From: a virus
Taxonomy: Duplodnaviria > Caudoviricetes
Virus record (IMG/VR): IMGVR_UViG_3300044695_005677
Coordinates: 1,847 to 65,846 of that record
Reading direction: 5' to 3' (one strand)
Length of the DNA stretch: 64,000 bases
In this document: positions 58,320-64,000 of the stretch, piece after piece
How positions within the stretch are numbered: position 1 is the first letter of the stretch
How the letters are laid out: every line of letters starts with the position of its first letter
The notes under the pieces: generated by a model
The model's input: the letters and a program-made list of their open reading frames with translations, nothing else
Databases searched by the model: none
Told to the model about the DNA's origin: nothing
Made by a program: the position numbers and the translations under genes

Positions 58320-58553
58320 CTATTGCTGTTGCTGGTTGATGCTGTTGATTTTGTGGCGGAGCCGGAAGTTTTTCGACAACATGCGGTTGACGTGATCGTG
58401 GAGTGCTTCGATGCAGTCGTCATCGATCTCGTCAGGGCCATCCTTCATTTCCTGCATACGGGATGCAAGGTGTTCCAGATGACCGAGAAGGGTCAGGTAG
58501 GCGAACTCCACCTGTTCAGGTAGTGTTCGTTCTTGGTGGGTGGGATTACTCAT
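58320..58553 (-). CDS. Hypothetical protein
   Basis: MSNPTHQERT..., helical. Confidence 0.55.
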   Translation of the reverse strand: MSNPTHQERTLPEQVEFAYLTLLGHLEHLASRMQEMKDGPDEIDDDCIEALHDHVNRMLSKNFRLRHKINSINQQQQ

Positions 58554-58743
58554 GTGCGGGGGCAGGGGCTGGGATAACGATGGCTGGGACTGGGATAACG
58601 ATGGCTGGGAATCGGGTTGTGGAGACAATCGGGGTAACCCCCTCAACGTGCTCGCTGAAGCGGATCACTACGTTGGGATGGTTGCCAAGTTTGGCGTGTG
58701 CCTCTTGGAGGCGTTGGATGAGGTCGATGGCGAAGAGGTTCAT
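58546..58743 (-). CDS. Hypothetical protein with PAIVIP duplication
   Basis: 65 aa containing a 21-bp tandem duplication. Confidence 0.5.
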   Translation of the reverse strand: MNLFAIDLIQRLQEAHAKLGNHPNVVIRFSEHVEGVTPIVSTTRFPAIVIPVPAIVIPAPAPAHE

Positions 58744-58991
58744 GGCTTTACCTCCCGCGCTTTGAGCATGGCATCTGCGTAGTCATAAGCTGTTGCGGCT
58801 ACATGATCCGCTTCAAAAAACTGAGGAGAGCTATCGGTTGTCCATGATGACAACCAGCCCACCATTGCCTGCCCTGCAAAGTAGTCGCGGAGGGACATGC
58901 CTTCGTGATAAGTATAATTTGGTGGGGCGAAGTTGTCGCCGCCCTTGCAGGTGATTGAGTGAAAGGCTGGCCCCCCGTCTTTAGTTTTCAT
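58740..58991 (-). CDS. Conserved small phage protein (GGPAF...GMSLRDYFAGQA family)
   Basis: Motif continues ..AYDYADAMLKAR. Confidence 0.8.
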   Translation of the reverse strand: MKTKDGGPAFHSITCKGGDNFAPPNYTYHEGMSLRDYFAGQAMVGWLSSWTTDSSPQFFEADHVAATAYDYADAMLKAREVKP

Positions 58992-59042
58992 AGTGTTTGT
59001 GTGTTCCGCGTTGGTTATGGATGCGCGGCCCCCAAGGTTGGT

Positions 59043-59807
59043 TTACTGAGCGAAGGTGCTGGCGATCTCCCAGAGGGACTTGTTCAGGCGGACGTTTTCA
59101 GCTAGCGACTTGACTCCGCGAGTGGCTCGGAAGCGGTTGCCGGACACCGTGCGGCGGGAGTCATCATGCTGGCCCCCACGGATCACGTTTTCCTGAATCC
59201 GGTTGAAGACCGTCCATAGGTCGTTGCCGACATCCGCCTCACGATTCACGCCAAGGATCACTTGGGGTGTCACAGGTTGCTTGTCAGCCTCCGGCCAGCG
59301 GAGCTTGATGCCCTGCTCTGCAAGGTGGAAGGCATCCTCCTTGCTGATCTGGGTTCCTTTCCAGCACTCGATCACGTCTGACACCTTCTCGGCCTGACCA
59401 AGGATGGTATGGGCGGAGTTGAGCACCGTGTCGATGTCCAGCTTGTGATGCCCAAGGCGGATGCTGGCAACCGTGTTGTCAGCGATGACAATGCCGTTGG
59501 CGCAAGCCATGCGGAAGATTCCAGCGCCAATCTGGAGGCTGGAAGTGCCATCGTGGGAGTTCACCAAGATGGTTTCGATGCGCTCACGGGCACCAAGCTG
59601 AAGCTGGGACTCATGGGCGAAGCGCAGCAGGTGACGCTGCAGCCCTTGGCGGGACTGGTGGCGGACTTTGGCCTCGCTGGCCGATGTGATGACCCAACCA
59701 TCACGGCTGAAGGCGTCGACGATCTCCGTTGTCGGGATGAACCCGTAGCGGGCAGAGAGACGATTGTGGGCGTGGGTGGAGAGGGCGGATTGTGGGAGTG
59801 CGATCAT
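59043..59807 (-). CDS. DUF932-family protein
   Basis: S.RY.FIPT, LVNSHDGTSSLQ..AG.FR..CANG, DLWTVFNRIQEN.IRGG, N..LW. Confidence 0.9.
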   Translation of the reverse strand: MIALPQSALSTHAHNRLSARYGFIPTTEIVDAFSRDGWVITSASEAKVRHQSRQGLQRHLLRFAHESQLQLGARERIETILVNSHDGTSSLQIGAGIFRMACANGIVIADNTVASIRLGHHKLDIDTVLNSAHTILGQAEKVSDVIECWKGTQISKEDAFHLAEQGIKLRWPEADKQPVTPQVILGVNREADVGNDLWTVFNRIQENVIRGGQHDDSRRTVSGNRFRATRGVKSLAENVRLNKSLWEIASTFAQ

Positions 59808-59920
59808 ACTGTTTGTGTGTTGTTTGTTTTCGACTGACAGGGGTTACTTTGGAGCTTCTGCTTTCAGAATCAAGTTCTTTTTCGTTTTTAGCTTTGGTTT
59901 GTTCTCGGTGAGCGGCGTTG

Positions 59921-59983
59921 TGTCGTTCTCCGTCCTACCAACGCCCACAGAGTAGACACTGGCAGACCGGAAGACGTTCTCAG
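59921..59983 (-). repeat. Intergenic hairpin element, copy A
   Basis: CTGAGAAC..TTCCGGTCTGCCAGTG..ACTCTGTGGGCGTTGGTAGGACGGAGAAC. Confidence 0.85.
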
Positions 59984-60216
59984 GCTCGCGCTTTCCTGAC
60001 TTGCTCGCATGCGTCCAGCCATGCGTCCCCATTGAAGGGGCTGTTCTCCATTGCCTTGCGTGTCGCGTCCGGATCAGCGAGGCAGGCGTCGGTGTATTTG
60101 TCGCAGGCGGTCAGGATGACCATCATCGCCATCAGGTTGCCATCGGCCAGCTTGGTAAGGCGTTTGATGGGGGAGAGAAGTGCGAGTGTTCTGGGTGTTG
60201 TTTTGGTGGGTTTCAT
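59980..60216 (-). CDS. Small early protein
   Basis: 78 aa between repeated elements. Confidence 0.65.
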   Translation of the reverse strand: MKPTKTTPRTLALLSPIKRLTKLADGNLMAMMVILTACDKYTDACLADPDATRKAMENSPFNGDAWLDACEQVRKARA

Positions 60217-60251
60217 GGGCGTGTCGTTTTTAGCTTTGGTTTGGGGTGAAG

Positions 60252-60488
60252 TTACAGGGTAGCCGCGTAGTCACTAAGAGCACTGGCGACGTCGTAGCCG
60301 CGTGCGCTCCTTTTCCAACGGTGCGGGAAATGTGTCGCTAGCCACATGCCGTAAAAGATAGCGGTGCGCCCGCCAATCTGCTCGATGAGGGCATAGACGT
60401 CGACATGCTTGTGAGAGGGTGAAGCTGGGGCATTGCGAAATGAGACCGCAAGCTGAAGGGTTCTTGTTTTTAGTGTGTCGGGGTTCAT
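60252..60488 (-). CDS. Small early protein
   Basis: 78 aa preceded by the AAACCAAAGCTAAAAACGA motif. Confidence 0.65.
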   Translation of the reverse strand: MNPDTLKTRTLQLAVSFRNAPASPSHKHVDVYALIEQIGGRTAIFYGMWLATHFPHRWKRSARGYDVASALSDYAATL

Positions 60489-60521
60489 GGGTGTGTCGTT
60501 TTTAGCTTTGGTTTGGGGTGA

Positions 60522-60722
60522 TTAGTTGATGGTGATGACCTGCTCTCCACCTGTGCGGTATTCTTGAGCGGTAGCCTGTGCCGACCAGAGGAAGAAAAAG
60601 CCCCCTTCGATCAGTCGCGGGCCTCGGTAGATGCCGAACATGCGCGACCTGTTCTCTGTCATCTGGCGCACGATCAGCGCCCGATGCAGGACGGTTTTAT
60701 TGACGATGGTTTGCGTGTTCAT
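60522..60722 (-). CDS. Small early protein
   Basis: 66 aa; G.LIEGGFF....A motif. Confidence 0.6.
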   Translation of the reverse strand: MNTQTIVNKTVLHRALIVRQMTENRSRMFGIYRGPRLIEGGFFFLWSAQATAQEYRTGGEQVITIN

Positions 60723-60742
60723 GGGCGTGTGGGTGGGTTCGT

Positions 60743-60943
60743 TCAGCCTTCGCCGATGACCGGAGGCTCGGCGTTTCGGTAACCTTCCTTTTCAAGGTGC
60801 GCGTCCAGTCGGTCGGCTACGTAGTCGAGGGCTTCGCTGAGAGTGTCAAAGCGGAACACGTCCAGCGTGTCGCCTTGGTGGTCATTTTCAGTGACTGCCC
60901 ACTTGTCTGTGTTGTCATCGTATGATGGTATCGGGTCGATCAT
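60743..60943 (-). CDS. Small acidic early protein
   Basis: 66 aa preceded by the leader motif. Confidence 0.65.
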   Translation of the reverse strand: MIDPIPSYDDNTDKWAVTENDHQGDTLDVFRFDTLSEALDYVADRLDAHLEKEGYRNAEPPVIGEG

Positions 60944-60984
60944 AGGTCGTTTTTAGCTTTGGTTTTATTTTGGATTGTGGCTGT

Positions 60985-61048
60985 GTGCCGTTCTCCGTCC
61001 TACCAGCGCCCACAGAGTGACCACTGGCAGACCGGAACCCGTTCTCAG
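60985..61048 (-). repeat. Intergenic hairpin element, copy B
   Basis: Near-identical to copies A and C. Confidence 0.85.
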
Positions 61049-61509
61049 CGTATGGCGGTGATATTCGTGAAGCTGATGGCCTTGAACGCCACCTGCCCTG
61101 CCTTCGGTTCCTGCTTTTTCGTTTCACTGGCAAGCGCCTTCTCGGCGATGACATCACGGGAAACCTGTTCCCCTGTCGCGGACAGGTAGACACTCTGGGC
61201 ACGGTTCCCGCCCGTCGGCATTGCGAGGTAGTGCTTCTCACCCTTCACCCATACTCGGCACGCTCCGACACGCTCCACCCGCTCCACCCATTCAGGCGTC
61301 TCAGGATCGGCACGCTCACCTTCCGACACTGCGCGTGCGACCTCTGCCCGTCTGGCGTAGTCACACGCCTGCGCCTGCATGGTGGAGCGTTTCGTGATGC
61401 TTTCCAGCTTGTGAATGGCCCGCATCTTCACCGGACGCTCCACGTCGAGCGTGAAAAAAGTTCCGGCCTTGATGGTTTCCAGCTTTGTGATGATGTCTTG
61501 ATGTGTCAT
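61045..61509 (-). CDS. Early hypothetical protein
   Basis: 154 aa flanked by hairpin copies B and C. Confidence 0.75.
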   Translation of the reverse strand: MTHQDIITKLETIKAGTFFTLDVERPVKMRAIHKLESITKRSTMQAQACDYARRAEVARAVSEGERADPETPEWVERVERVGACRVWVKGEKHYLAMPTGGNRAQSVYLSATGEQVSRDVIAEKALASETKKQEPKAGQVAFKAISFTNITAIR

Positions 61510-61556
61510 GGGTAGTGTCGTTTTTAGCTTTGGTTTACTTGTTTAGAGTGGCTTGA

Positions 61557-61625
61557 TGCCGTTCTCCGTCCTACCAGCGCCCACAGAGTGACCGTGACCA
61601 CTGGCAGACCGGAACCCGTTCTCAG
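61557..61625 (-). repeat. Intergenic hairpin element, copy C
   Basis: As copy B with a 6-nt duplication in the loop. Confidence 0.85.
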
Positions 61626-61873
61626 CTTTCGTATAGGTGCAGGCGCATGGCGTCGATGTGTAGACTGATCGCCTCCATGTGCTTGAAGACTTCCTGCCGC
61701 TCCTTGGTGGCCTTCGTGAATGCTTCCTCGCCGAGCGGGTAGAAGTCCCGCCCGTGGTGCGTGGTGGCACAGAATGCAGCCTTGAATGCTTCGAGCGCAT
61801 CGTGCGCGTGGTTATACTCTGCTATGAGTGTGTCGCGGCCTGTGCCGTTATTGTGGATGAGTGGAAAGGTCAT
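61622..61873 (-). CDS. Small early protein
   Basis: P.IH.NGTG...L...Y...HGRDFYP motif. Confidence 0.7.
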   Translation of the reverse strand: MTFPLIHNNGTGRDTLIAEYNHAHDALEAFKAAFCATTHHGRDFYPLGEEAFTKATKERQEVFKHMEAISLHIDAMRLHLYES

Positions 61874-61907
61874 GATGGGTTGGGTGCTGGTTTGCGTGTT
61901 GATGCCA

Positions 61908-62156
61908 TTAAGACTGCTTCGGTTGCACGTAGTATGTGCGGTGAATATAACGTGTCGTGTCGCGCCTTGGCGTGTCGATGACGTAGCCGACACCAAAGCG
62001 CCCGCGGTACTCGAGAACACGCCCGGGAGACTTCCTGCTGACGTAGCCCTGACAGGCTGCTTGATGGTGGACATGGAGCGCTCCGGATAGGCGCATGGCT
62101 ACAACGTCCATGATGGTGGTGCTGGTGCGCTTCGTCGTGTTGCGTTGATGTGTCAT
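61908..62156 (-). CDS. Small early protein
   Basis: HH.A..GYVSRK....Y.GRFG.GY motif. Confidence 0.65.
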   Translation of the reverse strand: MTHQRNTTKRTSTTIMDVVAMRLSGALHVHHQAACQGYVSRKSPGRVLEYRGRFGVGYVIDTPRRDTTRYIHRTYYVQPKQS

Positions 62157-62203
62157 GATAGGGGGTCGTTTTTAGCTTTTATTTGTTTTTAGAGTCTGGC
62201 GTT

Positions 62204-62267
62204 GTGCCGTGCTCCATCCTGCCAACGGCCACAGAGTGACAATTGGCAGATTGGAAACCGTTATCAG
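62204..62267 (-). repeat. Intergenic hairpin element, copy D (diverged, compensatory changes)
   Basis: CTGATAAC..TTCCAATCTGCCAATTG.CACTCTGTGGCCGTTGGCAGGATGGAGCAC. Confidence 0.8.
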
Positions 62268-62268
62268 C

Positions 62269-62394
62269 CTAGCGAGTGAAGAGTAGCCAAAGTGCCCCGG
62301 CGATGGCTAGCCATACGATGATGGCTTCAAGGATCAGAGCGCGTCGACGCCTAGCGCGTGCGTTGGGAATGTTGCGCTTGATGAATAGTTTCAT
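62269..62394 (-). CDS. 41-aa membrane peptide
   Basis: Basic N-terminus plus one TM helix. Confidence 0.5.
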   Translation of the reverse strand: MKLFIKRNIPNARARRRRALILEAIIVWLAIAGALWLLFTR

Positions 62395-62420
62395 GGGTGT
62401 GTTTGGGTGAAGGGGTAAAA

Positions 62421-63125
62421 TTACGCGAGTGTTGCGGCAGTTGCTTTTTTGACCTGATACCCATGCACCTTGATCCATACGCTAGGCAATGGTTTAGCGC
62501 GGGAATTGGAGCGTGCCGTGCCATCACATAAGCCACAATCCTTGCACTGAGTCTTATGCGTATCAGAAAGGCACTGCATGCCAGCGCCCACGACATCGCT
62601 GGCATCCGTGCAAGTAGTGAAGGTGCGAAGGCCAAGAGCTTGGGCTTGTCTCCAGTTTTTAGTTTCGCAAGATGCCATGAGGAAGCGCCCATAAGATTTA
62701 GCACGTTCGGCAGGCATTAAATGCCAATCATGGAAATACCCAGTGACACGATCCGCCAAAGCTGAAATGCTTTCAATCATCGCTATAGGCAGCAGGCTAG
62801 GATTGCCATATGCGCCAAGTCTAACGTACTGCCCACGAAAAAACTTATTCCAGTTTTTTGACCCCATCTCGAGCGGCTGGTACTTGCCAGCTTTCCACGC
62901 TTTGTAAATGCCAGCGATAGCAAAAGCGCCGACGTAGCAGCCCCCGTAGCTAGCAAGCGGACAACCCTTGCATTGGTTGTCGGCATCATCGCCGGATGTC
63001 CGGCTTTGGTGTGGATGCTGGCGAGCATCAAGAATCCACACTTGGATGCCTTTCCCCGTCTTGGGGTTGTCTGAATTGTCGGTGGCGATAGTGACGGTTT
63101 TTTCGGTTTGGTGAAGTATGTACAT
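62421..63125 (-). CDS. Cys-rich early protein, possibly Fe-S binding
   Basis: S.NPKTG, CKGCPL...CYV, VRLGAYGNP, GYFHDW, C.DCGLC.G, I.VHG. Confidence 0.7.
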   Translation of the reverse strand: MYILHQTEKTVTIATDNSDNPKTGKGIQVWILDARQHPHQSRTSGDDADNQCKGCPLASYGGCYVGAFAIAGIYKAWKAGKYQPLEMGSKNWNKFFRGQYVRLGAYGNPSLLPIAMIESISALADRVTGYFHDWHLMPAERAKSYGRFLMASCETKNWRQAQALGLRTFTTCTDASDVVGAGMQCLSDTHKTQCKDCGLCDGTARSNSRAKPLPSVWIKVHGYQVKKATAATLA

Positions 63126-63165
63126 ATTAGGTTTGGCTTTTTTGTTTTTATTTAGCTAACAGAGT

Positions 63166-63387
63166 TTAGAAAGAGAACACTTTGCCAGAAGGCAGGATGA
63201 CCGAATCGACATTGGATGGGATGAATCCCATTTCGCGAGCGTCAAAAAGAGCGGCGCGAAGGTGTTTAAGGTTTGGTCGCGGATAGCTAATAACATCGAT
63301 GTCGCCACCGGGGTACCGGTAGAGCAATTCGTCTCCGTGGAGGGTAAGACATCCGTCATCATTAGTTAGTTTAATTGGCGAGTTCAT
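63166..63387 (-). CDS. First early gene, hypothetical
   Basis: MNSPIKLTND... downstream of the early promoter; the longer listed start overlaps the promoter. Confidence 0.6.
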   Translation of the reverse strand: MNSPIKLTNDDGCLTLHGDELLYRYPGGDIDVISYPRPNLKHLRAALFDAREMGFIPSNVDSVILPSGKVFSF

Positions 63388-63437
63388 TTTTGTCTTTGTT
63401 TTTGATTTAATTTTCCGAGGCCCCTTGCGGGACGTCA

Positions 63438-63466
63438 AGTTTACCAGATTTAAATTCATCTGTCAA
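63438..63466 (-). promoter_or_regulatory. Strong sigma70-type early promoter
   Basis: TTGACA, 17-nt spacer, TAAACT with an extended -10 TG. Confidence 0.8.
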
Positions 63467-63746
63467 ACTGAGTTCTGTTTATTTTGTTTTATATTTTTTA
63501 AATAGTTGGATATCAAGCATTTACAAATCGCACAAAAGCACCTTTTGCACAATAATATCTCATTCACACCACAAAAATGGGAAAATAAACAGGCTAAAAA
63601 GGATAAAAAGAGGATAAATAGGGAAAAATACAGGAGGCTGGGAAAAACGAATAGCCAAAAAAGGTGTTTTTTGTGCTTTTGTGCGATCATCGCGGCCCCG
63701 TAGGGCCATGGTCTAAAATGCGCCTTTTTAAAAATAAAAAACGAGG

Positions 63747-64000
63747 GTGAGCTGGTGAGCTGGTGAGCTGGTGGTCCAGTGAGCTGGTGAGCTGGTGAGC
63801 TGGTGAGCTGGTGGTCCAGTGAGCTGGTGGTCCAGTGAGCTGGTGGTCCAGTGAGCTGGTGGTCCAGTGAGCTGGTGGTCCAGTGAGCTGGTGGTCCAGT
63901 GAGCTGGTGAGCTGGTGGTCCAGTGAGCTGGTGAGCTGGTGAGCTGGTGAGCTGGTGGTCCAGTGAGCTGGTGGTCCAGTGAGCTGGTGGTCCAGTGAGC
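63747..64000. repeat. Octamer array of GTGAGCTG and GTGGTCCA running off the window end
   Basis: About 32 octamer units next to an AT-rich non-coding tract. Confidence 0.95.

Noticed and set aside
59880-62270. CRISPR array or hammerhead ribozyme reading of the early-region repeats
   Set aside because: The spacing is hundreds of bp and contains whole genes, there is no cas operon, and CTGAGAAC/CTGATAAC does not fit the CUGANGA...GAAA hammerhead core.
63463-63703. Short ORFs on both strands in the AT-rich tract
   Set aside because: Low-complexity A/T sequence upstream of the early promoter; most likely non-coding.
1-64000. Integrase, reverse transcriptase/DGR, intein or group I intron
   Set aside because: No tyrosine or serine recombinase, RT (YxDD), intein or homing-endonuclease motifs recognised; PolA, TerL and capsid genes look uninterrupted.

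Overview
Most of a ~64 kb tailed dsDNA phage genome with a podovirus-like layout. The host is inferred to be a Verrucomicrobiota/PVC-type bacterium from delta-60 repeat proteins, a PEP-CTERM motif and SD-less starts. The + strand (1-35.6 kb) carries the virion and lysis arm: 5'-truncated portal, scaffold, major capsid, fibre proteins, holin-like genes, M15 endolysin, dNMP kinase, two delta-60 propeller proteins, ejection-type proteins and a 2950-aa polyvalent protein. The - strand (35.5-63.5 kb) carries glycosyltransferases and a methyltransferase, the large terminase, many small early genes and an APSE-type replication module (SNF2 helicase, VRR-NUC, PolA, SSB, Cas4-like nuclease, primase-helicase), and the window ends in an octamer repeat array. 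Highlights: (1) an integron-type attC cassette array at 41.9-44.5 kb whose core sites match cassette by cassette, with antisense cargo genes and no integrase in the window; (2) a 7-bladed propeller fibre gene split inside blade 4 by a mucin-like PPTTA tail plus two glycosyltransferases; (3) a 124-nt tRNA-like RNA with no normal anticodon arm; (4) a four-copy covarying intergenic hairpin in the early region; (5) a shared C-terminal [DE]-[IF]-C motif on four replication proteins. All calls come from reading the sequence by eye; no database searches were run.
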